This document shows positions 48,715 through 58,779 of a stretch of 64,000 nt of DNA, piece after piece; position 1 is the stretch's first letter; each line of letters begins with the position of its first letter. The position numbers and the translations under genes were made by a program. The stretch lies in the NCBI GenBank assembly GCA_965222605.1, contig OZ244960.1:4928001-4992000 (forward strand). Direction: 5' to 3'. Below the pieces are notes generated by a model. That model searched no databases. It saw only the letters and a list, made by a program, of their open reading frames with translations, and was not told the origin of the DNA. The DNA is from Candidatus Latescibacterota bacterium (GTDB lineage: Bacteria > Latescibacterota > UBA2968).

Positions 48715-49710
48715 TTAAGGCACTTCAACGTGATCGAATATTTGGCGTGCGATTTCTTCGGAGTTAATTTCTTCGGCTTCTGCCTCGTAAGTTACCAGCA
48801 CGCGGTGGCGCAATACGTCCATGCCAATGGCTTTCACATCTTCGGGAGTAACATAGCCGCGGTGGCGCAAAAACGCATGCGATTTTGCAGCGCGGGTCAG
48901 GGCGATAGACGCGCGTGGCGATCCGCCAAATTCGATCAGGGCGCGCAAATCACCCAGACCATAAGCTTCTGGATCGCGAGTAGCCAACACGAGATCGACG
49001 ATATAATCTTTGATTTTATCATCCACGTAAATCTCATCGGCTACGCTTCGCGCGCGAATAAGATCGTCAGTTGTTATGACTGTCTCAATTTGAGGAGTTG
49101 TATCGCGGCTCATGCGATCGACAATGGTGCGTTCTTCCTGTTTATTGGGATATGTTACCCGCACTTTTAGCATAAAGCGATCGACCTGTGCCTCGGGCAG
49201 TGGATAGGTTCCCTCTTGTTCGATGGGATTTTGCGTGGCCAGCACCAAAAAGGGATCGGGCAGGGCAAATGTTTCGTTCCCAATGGTAACTTGACGCTCT
49301 TGCATGGCTTCGAGCATGGCACTTTGCACTTTTGACGGTGCGCGATTGACTTCATCCGCGAGTACGAGCTGGGCAAAAATAGGCCCTTTTTGAGCCACAA
49401 ATTCGCCCGTTTCCCGGTGATAGACCATTGTGCCAATCAGGTCTGCGGGCAACAAGTCAGGTGTAAACTGAATGCGTTTAAAAGACGCCTGAATCGCCTG
49501 AGCCAATGAATTGACGGCTAAAGTCTTGGCAAGACCGGGAACGCCTTCGAGCAAGACATGGCCGTTGCACAATAGGCCAATTAACAATCGCTCAATCATG
49601 TCCTGTTGTCCGACAATGACCTTGCCCACCTCGGCCAATAACCGATCGACAAACGCGCTTTCGCGCCCAACCCGTTCATTGATTAATTGAATATCTTGTC
49701 CAACTGTCAT
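48715..49710 (-). CDS. moxR: MoxR family AAA+ ATPase
   Basis: GVPGLAKT; RIQFTPDLLPAD; DEVNR; ATQNPIEQEGTYPLPEAQ.DRF. Confidence 0.95.
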   Translation of the reverse strand: MTVGQDIQLINERVGRESAFVDRLLAEVGKVIVGQQDMIERLLIGLLCNGHVLLEGVPGLAKTLAVNSLAQAIQASFKRIQFTPDLLPADLIGTMVYHRETGEFVAQKGPIFAQLVLADEVNRAPSKVQSAMLEAMQERQVTIGNETFALPDPFLVLATQNPIEQEGTYPLPEAQVDRFMLKVRVTYPNKQEERTIVDRMSRDTTPQIETVITTDDLIRARSVADEIYVDDKIKDYIVDLVLATRDPEAYGLGDLRALIEFGGSPRASIALTRAAKSHAFLRHRGYVTPEDVKAIGMDVLRHRVLVTYEAEAEEINSEEIARQIFDHVEVP

Positions 49711-49714
49711 TGCA

Positions 49715-50206
49715 TCACTCTCGACTTATTGGTTTGGTACGCAACCACTGCTCGGGCGCTTTGCCCAAATTTTCGATTGAAAATTTGGCGTCATCCACTA
49801 ACTCAGAGTTCGGATAGGTATCAATCACCTGTTGATAGGCCACTCGCGCCTGTTCGTAATCGCCGAGTTGATCGTGGATATAGCCAATCATAAACTGTGC
49901 CTGTACACAATATCGGCTCTGCGGAAATCGCGCGATCAGGGTTTCGTATCGCGCAATGGCTTCTTGGTGTTTTTGTTGATTCATCAATACCCGCGCCAGG
50001 GCCTGTAGTGCCACCTCAGCGCGAGGATCGTCGGGAAAACGCGCCAGAAATTCCGCCAATTTGACCTCGGCCACGGGATAAGATGCCATATCGTGCGCGG
50101 CCTGTTCGCCCTCTCGAAATAGCAAATCCGCAGATTGTTCTTGCGCTCCACAGGCGACAAATAGTGGCAGAAAGAATAAGAATCGAAATCTGTGCATCTT
50201 TGCCAA
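49715..50206 (-). CDS. TPR lipoprotein (BamD/CpoB-like)
   Basis: Lipobox VAC; TPR helices with FP.S motifs. Confidence 0.8.
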   Translation of the reverse strand: MAKMHRFRFLFFLPLFVACGAQEQSADLLFREGEQAAHDMASYPVAEVKLAEFLARFPDDPRAEVALQALARVLMNQQKHQEAIARYETLIARFPQSRYCVQAQFMIGYIHDQLGDYEQARVAYQQVIDTYPNSELVDDAKFSIENLGKAPEQWLRTKPISRE

Positions 50207-50284
50207 TCTCCTTTGCTTATTTACACTTTTTCAAAAACGCTTTTGCTCAACTCGAGTTCCGTTTTTTCTTTTTAGACAGTGCAA

Positions 50285-51580
50285 TCAAATTAGACGGTGT
50301 ATATTAAAAAATTGCCCTATTTTCGTCAAGATTTCTGTGTGCTTGAGAAGCAAAGACGAGATGCCTACCAGCACCAATCCACCGTATTCCACCCATTGGA
50401 CCCATGCGGCTTCTTCCCATACGCCATGGGCCTGGTATTGAATCAAAATGTGATAGGATAAGACCACCAGGAGTGAGAAAGCAATCCAGGGCGGATGCCG
50501 ATAAAAAACGAGAAATGGGATTAACCACAAGACATACCATGGATGGAGCGTGGGGGTGAGTAGAACAAAGGCGACCGCAGTCACATATGCACAGTGCAAC
50601 AGGGGGACGCGCTTCCAGATCAGCAACAGCACAACACTTGAAAAGAGCAGGGCAATGATGCCGCGTGCAATTTGTCCACTGCCACAAAGCAGAATGAGTA
50701 TATCAAATACCGCGCTGTTAAACGACCAATGTTGGGCATAAGTGCCCAGGCTACCCAAAACAGGTGCGCCGGCCCAGGCATAGGGTAAATATCCCAGAAG
50801 CACGACACAGGGCACCATGAGCAGTGCCGACAAATTGGTTGGCCGCCACCCTTTCCATCGCACAAAATTCGGCAAAAAAACAAGGGGATAGAATTTTACC
50901 AAAACAGCCCCACCCAGCGCACTTAGCGCGATGCGATCTCGCCCTTTTAAGAACAAATACAATGCGGCCAGCAAAGCGACGATACCCAGCGATTCGATAT
51001 GTCCATTTCCTGCAATTTCCACCACGACCAGAGGATGCCAGAAGTAAATCAAAACCCATTGTGCCCGTTGCTCGAAATGCCTGAGCAAACAGATTAAAAG
51101 CCATCCCACAATCATGTCGGCACACGCGAGCAACACCTTAATGCCCAGTATGCCACCCGAAATGCCATATCCCACCCAGAATGCGATTTGGGCGATGGGT
51201 GGATAAATGGTGGGCAATTCTGGGTGGTTAATTTTGGGAAAAATGAGCGCGTCTCTCACCTGCACCAGTTCTTGTGCCGCAGGTGCATACAGGTAGGGAT
51301 TGATGCCCATCCACTGTACGCGTCCATCCCACACATAGCGATAAATATCATCGGATAGCGCGGGGATGGAAAACAAAAGGCTAAGCCGAAATACAGCGGC
51401 AGCGATCACAATAACCTTCAATGACACATATTCACAATGCCAGACTGCAATGAGATATGCCACAGATGCAATGCCAAAAAGCATAAAAAAAACCGGCACT
51501 TGCTTGCCCAATGCCGGCATCGCAGCAAAACTGCCCGCCATGACCAGCCCCATCAAAAGGGGCACGATCCACCGCTGCAT
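50285..51580 (-). CDS. GT-C fold glycosyltransferase (GT87/DUF2029-like)
   Basis: SDDIYRYVWDG; NPY; TIYPP; HPWY; polytopic membrane protein. Confidence 0.85.
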   Translation of the reverse strand: MQRWIVPLLMGLVMAGSFAAMPALGKQVPVFFMLFGIASVAYLIAVWHCEYVSLKVIVIAAAVFRLSLLFSIPALSDDIYRYVWDGRVQWMGINPYLYAPAAQELVQVRDALIFPKINHPELPTIYPPIAQIAFWVGYGISGGILGIKVLLACADMIVGWLLICLLRHFEQRAQWVLIYFWHPLVVVEIAGNGHIESLGIVALLAALYLFLKGRDRIALSALGGAVLVKFYPLVFLPNFVRWKGWRPTNLSALLMVPCVVLLGYLPYAWAGAPVLGSLGTYAQHWSFNSAVFDILILLCGSGQIARGIIALLFSSVVLLLIWKRVPLLHCAYVTAVAFVLLTPTLHPWYVLWLIPFLVFYRHPPWIAFSLLVVLSYHILIQYQAHGVWEEAAWVQWVEYGGLVLVGISSLLLKHTEILTKIGQFFNIHRLI

Positions 51581-51603
51581 AAATATCTCTTAGCGCAATA
51601 TGT

Positions 51604-52515
51604 TCATTGCCACCGGTCTTGTCCAATGTGTTGCCGGTGTGCGTTAATTTGCAAAACGATTTTGCCCTGCTTAAATACGCGAACCGTTCCGGTTGACTCA
51701 GAAATAGCAAGGGCGATGGCCCGGGTGGTTTTGGTAATCGCCGCCGCCGCCACATGCCGCGCGCCCAACCCCTTGGGCAAAGTGAGACCGCGCACATTCG
51801 CTGAAATATAGCGCCCCCCAGATAGAATAACGCCATCTTCCCGAATGATAAATGCGCCATCCATCAGCGATACTTCTTTGACACCTTCGTGAACATCGGG
51901 ATTGCAGATATTTTTTTCTATGTCGGAATATCCGCGAAAAGGATCAAATGTCATGGATCGCGAATGATGCAAAACCCGTTTGGAATCGCCAATGACAAAT
52001 AAGGTGCCGACCGGTTCGCCTTCGCGACCTTCCTTACCAATATTGATGGCAAGATCGAGCGTGGTTTTGACAACTTTGAGTGGTAAATCGCCCGCTATGG
52101 CCGAAATTTCGACCGAATCGTAAACATCAAACCCAATACTGGTATCCATTACTGTTATCGCATCCACACCCCGCGAGGCCAGCATGCGGCTCAGGCATAC
52201 CAATCGCGCACCTCGGCGAATATACCCACTCTCCAGGCCCTTGATAACGCATTGTCGCAATTGTTCAAAGTGCGTGCCATGACTTCTGCGATAATCATAA
52301 GTCAAGCGCTGCACTCCCTTTTCTTCAACACCGCTCAAAAAGTTTTCCCCCCCCGTAACAATCAGGACCTGACAGGTGGCGTTCAGCTTGTGAACATCTG
52401 CATGGCTCACGCCGGAATTGGCCACGAGGAGGATCATATCGGCGCAGGTTTTCCTCGCCAAATTTTTGGCGGTACTCAGCAAGGACTGCGTGTGATTTTC
52501 GTGTGTTTTAGCCAT
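51604..52515 (-). CDS. Diadenylate cyclase, soluble DacZ-like
   Basis: EGREGEPVGTLFVIGD; DGAF; GLGARH; SESTG; extra N-terminal domain; no TM and no HhH. Confidence 0.88.
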   Translation of the reverse strand: MAKTHENHTQSLLSTAKNLARKTCADMILLVANSGVSHADVHKLNATCQVLIVTGGENFLSGVEEKGVQRLTYDYRRSHGTHFEQLRQCVIKGLESGYIRRGARLVCLSRMLASRGVDAITVMDTSIGFDVYDSVEISAIAGDLPLKVVKTTLDLAINIGKEGREGEPVGTLFVIGDSKRVLHHSRSMTFDPFRGYSDIEKNICNPDVHEGVKEVSLMDGAFIIREDGVILSGGRYISANVRGLTLPKGLGARHVAAAAITKTTRAIALAISESTGTVRVFKQGKIVLQINAHRQHIGQDRWQ

Positions 52516-52574
52516 AAAACGCTTTTGTGAGAAGGTTATTCTGGCTTTGTGAATATGCCCAAAACTACCATTTA

Positions 52575-53198
52575 CTACCGCCGGGACGAGAAGCGCCGCC
52601 GCCGACCATAAGTCACATTTTCTCGTTCTTGAGATATGTTATGCGATGTTAGGGCCTCTCCCTGTTCCAAATTCAAAAATTCCCCGGGAATATGTTTGGT
52701 CAATATGGTTGGACCACAATCGTAGAAATGCACGCCAGCTTGATGGGCGCGGGTCGCTGAAATGCATATGACAGCCCCTCGGCGTCCGGGTCTGGCACTT
52801 AACCGCGCAGCGACATCGGCGTCAAACGACAAATGTACATAATCGCGGTCGTCTGGCGTCAAGCCCTCAGACAACAACCGCTCAACATCGGCAGAATCTA
52901 CTCCCTTATACAAAAATTCGGGCGGTTCTGATGGGTCGAGGCCCAGATCGATGGAAAAACTGTGTGCATAACGCGCTCGAATGCGATTTTCCACAATCTC
53001 GAAACGTTGCTTCTCTCCATCATAAACCACTTTTTCAATATCTTCAAGAGTAAATGTCGAATCTCGGTCTTGAAATGCACGCAAAACCGCGTCGAGATCG
53101 GCAAAACCATAGCGATCGACTTGTAGTCCAAACTCATCGGGCCTGTGCCGCAACATCAATGACAACAATTTGGAAATGTATACAATTCTCGGTGCCAT
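52575..53198 (-). CDS. kptA: RNA 2'-phosphotransferase (Tpt1/KptA family)
   Basis: ISKLLS..LRH; KQRF; IRA..AHS; VHLS. Confidence 0.88.
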   Translation of the reverse strand: MAPRIVYISKLLSLMLRHRPDEFGLQVDRYGFADLDAVLRAFQDRDSTFTLEDIEKVVYDGEKQRFEIVENRIRARYAHSFSIDLGLDPSEPPEFLYKGVDSADVERLLSEGLTPDDRDYVHLSFDADVAARLSARPGRRGAVICISATRAHQAGVHFYDCGPTILTKHIPGEFLNLEQGEALTSHNISQERENVTYGRRRRFSSRR

Positions 53199-53222
53199 GC
53201 GCTTTCTCCGTAATAATAACCT

Positions 53223-54596
53223 CTATGAAAACACCACATCTTGTGCGGCATCCACATCCTGAACGCCGATCAACGACAGGCCATCGGGAATGCGCGCCCC
53301 ACTCAAATTTGCTTTGGCGGCAACACATTGGGTGAAGCCCAATTTGCGCGCTTCGGCCATTCTGCGTTCAATTTGACCAACCGCACGCACTTCTCCGCCC
53401 AATCCTACTTCGCCAATCACAACCGTATCGCGGGACATCTGTCTGCTGCGAAAGCTCGACGCCATAGCCATAGCCACACCCAGATCGACAGCGGGTTCAT
53501 CAATGCGCAAGCCCCCTGCGACATTTAAAAAAATATCCTCAGCACCCAGTTGCAGGCCCGACCGCTTTTCGAGTACGGCGATTAAAATCGCCATCCGTCG
53601 CGCATCAAACCCCGTGGCCACGCGCTGCGGGTACCCAAAGTTGCTGCGACTGACCAATGCTTGCACTTCGACTAAAATGGGACGCGTGCCTTCAATTGTG
53701 CAAACAATGGCTGTGCCTTCTCTATCGGCTTCGCGTTCGGGCAAAAATACCTGTGAGGGATTATCCACCTCGATCATCCCCCGATCACACATTTCAAAAA
53801 TACCGATTTCATTTGTCGAGCCAAATCGGTTCTTCGCCGCCCGCAAAATGCGAAACGCACCGTGCTGCTCGCCCTCCAAATAAAGTACGGTATCGACGAT
53901 ATGTTCGAGCACACGCGGTCCTGCAACCGTGCCTTCTTTGGTGACATGTCCGATCAAGAAAATCGATGTGCCCGTGCGTTTGCCCAGTGCCACCAGTTTT
54001 GCAGAAGATTCTCTGACCTGTGCCACACTTCCGGGCGCGCTTTGTAGATCTGGACTAAAAATGGTCTGTACCGAATCGACCACAACCGCGACGGGCTGCA
54101 TCTCTTCGATATAGCCGCAAATCAGATCGAGATTGGATTCAGAAATCAAGTACAATTCATCGGATAGTGCGCCGATTCTTTGGGCTCGCATCCGCGTTTG
54201 GCGAGGGGACTCTTCTGCGGATACGTACAGTGTCTTCATACCCAAAAACGCGAGTTGTGCAACCCCTTGCAACAGCAATGTGGATTTGCCTATGCCGGGG
54301 TCGCCGCCGACAAGCGCGGCCATGCCGGGCACAATGCCGCCCCCTAATGTGCGGTCAAATTCGCCAATAGCTGTCTCAATGCGGTCTTCTCTGCCGCCCA
54401 CCACTTCCGTGATCGGTTGCGGCGGATTTGCTTTGACCCATTCGTCCGCGCGTCTGTTTTGTTTAGTCTCGGGTGATGTCTGTTCTTCGACACAGGTGTT
54501 CCATTCACCACAAGATGCACACCGTCCAAACCACCGTCCCGAATCAGCACCGCATTGTTGACATACATACCGCACGCGCACTTTGCCCATGGGCAT
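53223..54596 (-). CDS. radA: DNA repair protein RadA/Sms
   Basis: CQQCG..C..C; GDPGIGKS; KNRFG; Lon-like C-terminal domain. Confidence 0.97.
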   Translation of the reverse strand: MPMGKVRVRYVCQQCGADSGRWFGRCASCGEWNTCVEEQTSPETKQNRRADEWVKANPPQPITEVVGGREDRIETAIGEFDRTLGGGIVPGMAALVGGDPGIGKSTLLLQGVAQLAFLGMKTLYVSAEESPRQTRMRAQRIGALSDELYLISESNLDLICGYIEEMQPVAVVVDSVQTIFSPDLQSAPGSVAQVRESSAKLVALGKRTGTSIFLIGHVTKEGTVAGPRVLEHIVDTVLYLEGEQHGAFRILRAAKNRFGSTNEIGIFEMCDRGMIEVDNPSQVFLPEREADREGTAIVCTIEGTRPILVEVQALVSRSNFGYPQRVATGFDARRMAILIAVLEKRSGLQLGAEDIFLNVAGGLRIDEPAVDLGVAMAMASSFRSRQMSRDTVVIGEVGLGGEVRAVGQIERRMAEARKLGFTQCVAAKANLSGARIPDGLSLIGVQDVDAAQDVVFS

Positions 54597-54601
54597 ATTC
54601 C

Positions 54602-55975
54602 TCAGGGAAATTCGCGATAGATTTCGGGTTCTTCAAAGCGAAGGCACTCAGGTACAAAGGTCAAAAAGACGTTGCCAATCGGCCCGTTGCGCTGCTTGCC
54701 CAAAATGATCTCGGCCACGCCTTCTTGTGTATTGCCCTCTTCATCTACAATGCCATACACCTCGGGACGAAAGAGAAACATCACCACATCCGCGTCCTGT
54801 TCAATTGAGCCACTTTCGCGCAAATCGGCCAATTGTGGTCGTTTATCCGTGCGACTTTCCACAGCCCGTGACAATTGCGCGCAGGCAACGAGTGGGATAT
54901 CGAGTTCTTTGGCGAGGGCTTTTAGAGACCGCGAAATAGAGGCAATTTCCTGTTCGCGGCTGGCATAATTTTCAGTTGTGGTCATCAGTTGCAGATAATC
55001 GACAATGATTAATCCAATATTGTATTCGGATTTTGCGCGGCGCGCTTTGGCACGCAGTTCCATTACAGAGATAGCAGGTGTGTCATCGATGTATATGGGG
55101 GCCTCCATCAGCTTTCCCGTCCAGTTGGCTAATCTATGATATTCATCGTCTGACAACTTGCCCGTTCGCACACGATGCGAATCCACACGCGCTTCCGCAC
55201 ACAAGAGTCGCTGTGCGAGTTGCCCTGTTGCCATTTCCAGCGAAAAATACAGCACGGGTGTACCGTCCTTCACAGCGGCATTGCGCGCCATGCACAATGT
55301 GAGAGCTGTTTTGCCCATCGATGGACGCGACGCGAGGATGATCATGTCCGAAGACTGCAAGCCCGCTGTGATCTCATCGAGATCCGTATAGCCCGTGGTC
55401 ACGCCCGTCAGCGCGCCGCCATGTTCACGCGCTCTATCAATGGCTTCATAAACCTCGGTAAGTGCAGATACAAGGGGCATGACACCTTTGCCCAATTCGC
55501 CTTCGGCTATTTGAAAGACCCGTTGTTCGGCGCGGTCGATGAGTTCGCGCACATCCTCGGTTTCTTCATAGCTTTCGGTAAGCGTTTGTGTCGCTGCGGC
55601 AATTAACCGCCGACGTTGCGCCTTTTCCAGTACAATCTGTGCGTGGTATTCGGCATTGGCTGCTGTCGCCATTTCACTGGCTAACTCGGCAATTAAAACC
55701 GCGCCGCCGACATCATCGAGTTGCCCGCGCCGCACGAGTTCCTCTGTGAGCGTCACCTGATCGACAGGATCGCCGCGCTCAGACAATTTTTGAATTGCCG
55801 CATAAACTTTTCGATGTGGGGTATGGTAAAAAGCCGTTTCGTCCCCCAATACTTCGACCACGCGATTGATTGCCATATTGTCAATCAACATTGCGCCCAA
55901 CACAGCGCGTTCGACTTCGAGTGCCTGGGGCAGTGCGCGTTCAGCTGTATTCAATGTCGGATTTTGGGCGGCCAT
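54602..55975 (-). CDS. dnaB: Replicative DNA helicase
   Basis: RPSMGKT; FSLEM; VDYLQL; DLRESGSIEQDAD; KQRNGP. Confidence 0.98.
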   Translation of the reverse strand: MAAQNPTLNTAERALPQALEVERAVLGAMLIDNMAINRVVEVLGDETAFYHTPHRKVYAAIQKLSERGDPVDQVTLTEELVRRGQLDDVGGAVLIAELASEMATAANAEYHAQIVLEKAQRRRLIAAATQTLTESYEETEDVRELIDRAEQRVFQIAEGELGKGVMPLVSALTEVYEAIDRAREHGGALTGVTTGYTDLDEITAGLQSSDMIILASRPSMGKTALTLCMARNAAVKDGTPVLYFSLEMATGQLAQRLLCAEARVDSHRVRTGKLSDDEYHRLANWTGKLMEAPIYIDDTPAISVMELRAKARRAKSEYNIGLIIVDYLQLMTTTENYASREQEIASISRSLKALAKELDIPLVACAQLSRAVESRTDKRPQLADLRESGSIEQDADVVMFLFRPEVYGIVDEEGNTQEGVAEIILGKQRNGPIGNVFLTFVPECLRFEEPEIYREFP

Positions 55976-56646
55976 TAAATTTCAGTTCCATCGTAAAGTT
56001 TGCGAACCAGTTTCAAATCTTCCCACGCAGGGCGCTTCCAATGTGCATTTCTCAACAGGGCAGCGGGGTGATATGTGGGGACCAGTTTTGCGCCCTGGTA
56101 TTCAAAAATTTCCCCCCGCAAACGCCCTATTGACTCGGTGGTCTGCAACAGGGTTTGCGCGGCAAAACGGCCAAGGGTGCAGATTACAACGGGTGCAATC
56201 TGTTCAATTTGTTGTAGCAGATAAGGCTGGCAGGCGGCAATCTCATCGGGTTTGGGGTCCCGATTATTGGGCGGCCTGCATTTGATGATATTGGCGATAT
56301 AGACGTCTTCGCGCGTCAAACCCATGGCTTCGATCATTCGCGTCAACAATTGTCCGGCAGCTCCCACAAAAGGTAGCCCCTGCCGATCTTCTTCTGCGCC
56401 GGGTGCTTCGCCGATAAATACGAGATCTGCATCAGTGCGACCGCTTCCAAATACGACTGAGGTGCGCGTTCGCGCCAATCCGCATTTTTGACAGTTACAA
56501 GCTTCTTGACTCAAAATAGTCAGGGGATCAGCGTCCGATTCTCGATCATCCATCCGCGCAATTGAGGCGGGCGCATAAGCGATTTCCCGTGCTAAAAAAT
56601 CGCGTGCAAGCGCGAGAGTTTCCAACAGATCGGGGGATTCATTCAT
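55975..56646 (-). CDS. Uracil-DNA glycosylase family 4
   Basis: C..C.L; GEAPG; KCRPP.NR; HPAALL. Confidence 0.93.
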   Translation of the reverse strand: MNESPDLLETLALARDFLAREIAYAPASIARMDDRESDADPLTILSQEACNCQKCGLARTRTSVVFGSGRTDADLVFIGEAPGAEEDRQGLPFVGAAGQLLTRMIEAMGLTREDVYIANIIKCRPPNNRDPKPDEIAACQPYLLQQIEQIAPVVICTLGRFAAQTLLQTTESIGRLRGEIFEYQGAKLVPTYHPAALLRNAHWKRPAWEDLKLVRKLYDGTEI

Positions 56647-57844
56647 GCGCGTTCTCCCAACGCGACACCAGCCAATCCAAAATGCGGTCTGCCACATCGC
56701 GTTTGGACATCAATGGCAATGCGACAGGTTCTCGATGGGGTTCGATAAAAGTCACGACATTGGTATCGACAGCAAACCCCGCTCCTTCCACATTTAATTC
56801 GTTCAAAACAATCAGATCGAGGTTTTTCTCGTTGAGCTTTTTGCGGGCATTTTCCAGCGCGTGATCTGTTTCCATTGCAAATCCGATCACGATCCGCTCT
56901 CCCTTGTTTTGTCCCAGGGGAATTAAAAAATCTTCATTGAGCATAAGATGAAGGGACAGATTACCATCGCGTTTTTTGATTTTTAATTTGGACACATGTT
57001 TGGGGCGAAAATCGAGTACCGCTGCGGTCATAATTAGCGCGTCGGCCTTCTGATATGCGCGGATGGTCGCTGCTTTTAAGTCGGGAACTGTGCGGATATA
57101 TTCGACCTGTACACCGGCGGGTGCGGGGAGTTCTGTCGGTCCGCTAATCAACGCGACCTCGGCACCTCGGCAACGCGCTTGTTCGGCAATAGCATAGCCC
57201 ATTTTGCCCGTTGAGCGATTGGTGATAAAGCGCACGGGATCAATGGGTTGTTCTGTCCTGCCCGCTGTCACCACAATGCGTTTCCCAGCAAGCGATTGCG
57301 TTGCGCCCATCATTCTGCTGGCTTCATCCACAATCTCATGGGGTTCGGCCATGCGCCCCATTCCCTCGGCACCCGAGGCGAGCAGTCCCGCTCCCGGACC
57401 AACCATCCGATAACCATTTTTTTTAAGAAATCCCACATTTTGCTGAACAGCACCGTGTTCCCACATTTGGGTTTCCATTGCCGGGGCGAGTAGAACAGGT
57501 GCTTCTGCAGCCAACAATGCACAGGTCAACAGGTCGTCGGCCAACCCATGGGCCAATTTGCCTATGCAATTTGCAGTTGCTGGCGCGACAATGATCAGAT
57601 CGGTCCACTTGCCCAAATGCACGTGGATAACATCGGGGTCGCCGTCAGCAGGAAATAAATCTGTATAGACGCGATGGTGTGAGAGAGCTTCAAAAGTGAG
57701 GGGCTGCACAAACTTTTGTGCAGCCGGTGTCATGACCACCCGAACCTCTGCGCCTGCATTCTGAAGAAGACGCAATAAGAATACGCTTTTATAGGCGGCA
57801 ATTCCACCGCTAACGCCCAGAAGAATCCTCTTTCCCGCCAGCAT
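56639..57844 (-). CDS. coaBC: Phosphopantothenoylcysteine decarboxylase/ligase
   Basis: GGIAAYK; APATAN; [14 protein letters not shown]; GFAMET. Confidence 0.96.
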   Translation of the reverse strand: MLAGKRILLGVSGGIAAYKSVFLLRLLQNAGAEVRVVMTPAAQKFVQPLTFEALSHHRVYTDLFPADGDPDVIHVHLGKWTDLIIVAPATANCIGKLAHGLADDLLTCALLAAEAPVLLAPAMETQMWEHGAVQQNVGFLKKNGYRMVGPGAGLLASGAEGMGRMAEPHEIVDEASRMMGATQSLAGKRIVVTAGRTEQPIDPVRFITNRSTGKMGYAIAEQARCRGAEVALISGPTELPAPAGVQVEYIRTVPDLKAATIRAYQKADALIMTAAVLDFRPKHVSKLKIKKRDGNLSLHLMLNEDFLIPLGQNKGERIVIGFAMETDHALENARKKLNEKNLDLIVLNELNVEGAGFAVDTNVVTFIEPHREPVALPLMSKRDVADRILDWLVSRWENAHE

Positions 57845-58037
57845 AGGTCACCTGAATTTTCTTTTTTACAATTCGGTCCAGTGCAATGGTTGTTATTTTT
57901 TCTTCGCCTTCGGGCACTCCCGCAACCAGCCGGACTTTATTCAGCCTGCGCGCTTCTTTTGATGCCAACAACACGGCCTGATAGGAATTCATATCCTCTT
58001 CAACTGTTAATTCCTCAGTAAAAAATACGTTTGACAT
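57810..58037 (-). CDS. rpoZ: RNA polymerase omega subunit
   Basis: NSY.AVLLASKEARRLN; position between gmk and coaBC. Confidence 0.8.
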   Translation of the reverse strand: MSNVFFTEELTVEEDMNSYQAVLLASKEARRLNKVRLVAGVPEGEEKITTIALDRIVKKKIQVTYAGGKEDSSGR

Positions 58038-58116
58038 AACGCACTCCTTGATAAGAGATGGGGCTTTCGCACCGCAATAACGGGCTGGAGATAGGTCGGG
58101 AGCATAGCTGGACTTT

Positions 58117-58770
58117 TTAGAGGTTCAATCCACTCAAACACATCCGCCGTGTGCGCCGTCGCTCTGCGCGAATAATAGCGAGCAAATCGGCGATGGCCTT
58201 TTCCAATTTGTCATTTACCACAACGTAGTCGCTGTTTTTTGCCCAAACGAGTTCAGAAACGGCATTTTTCATACGCAAGCGAAAGGCCGACGCGCTTTCA
58301 GACTGCCGTGCATTGAGTCGCTCTGCAAGCACATCGAGAGAAGGCGGCATGACAAATACGGTCACGCAGCGGTCTCCCAAGACCTCATTCCACGCGGCCA
58401 CGCCTTGTACATCCACGTCCATCAACATCACCTGTCCACCACTCATGGCTTTTGCAACCGCGTCGAATGTTGCACCGTAAAGATGTCCGTGTACTTCGGC
58501 AGACTCGACAAAATCGCTCCGCTTTTGCATGGCCTCAAATTGTGCAACTGTCACAAAATGACGGGCAAGACCCTCTACTTCGTCATCGCGTGGTGGTCGC
58601 GTCGTTGTCGTCACACACCGCCGCACGCCGGAATCTGCACGCAAAACCCCCTGGCACATCGACGTTTTTCCCACTCCCGATGGCCCGGCGACGATCACGG
58701 CAAATGCGTCGGGACTATCGCTCAACTTTTGTCTTATCTGTCCAACATCAGTTTCTTCTGATTTAATCAT
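58117..58770 (-). CDS. gmk: Guanylate kinase
   Basis: GPSGVGKT; TTR.PR..E.EG; VHGHLYG; DVDVQG. Confidence 0.95.
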   Translation of the reverse strand: MIKSEETDVGQIRQKLSDSPDAFAVIVAGPSGVGKTSMCQGVLRADSGVRRCVTTTTRPPRDDEVEGLARHFVTVAQFEAMQKRSDFVESAEVHGHLYGATFDAVAKAMSGGQVMLMDVDVQGVAAWNEVLGDRCVTVFVMPPSLDVLAERLNARQSESASAFRLRMKNAVSELVWAKNSDYVVVNDKLEKAIADLLAIIRAERRRTRRMCLSGLNL

Positions 58771-58779
58771 CCGAGATTT

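Noticed and set aside
54602-55975. Intein in dnaB
   Set aside because: Length of 457 aa and continuous motifs leave no room for one
57810-57844. 35-nt rpoZ/coaBC overlap as a frameshift
   Set aside because: Both proteins look complete; ordinary translational coupling
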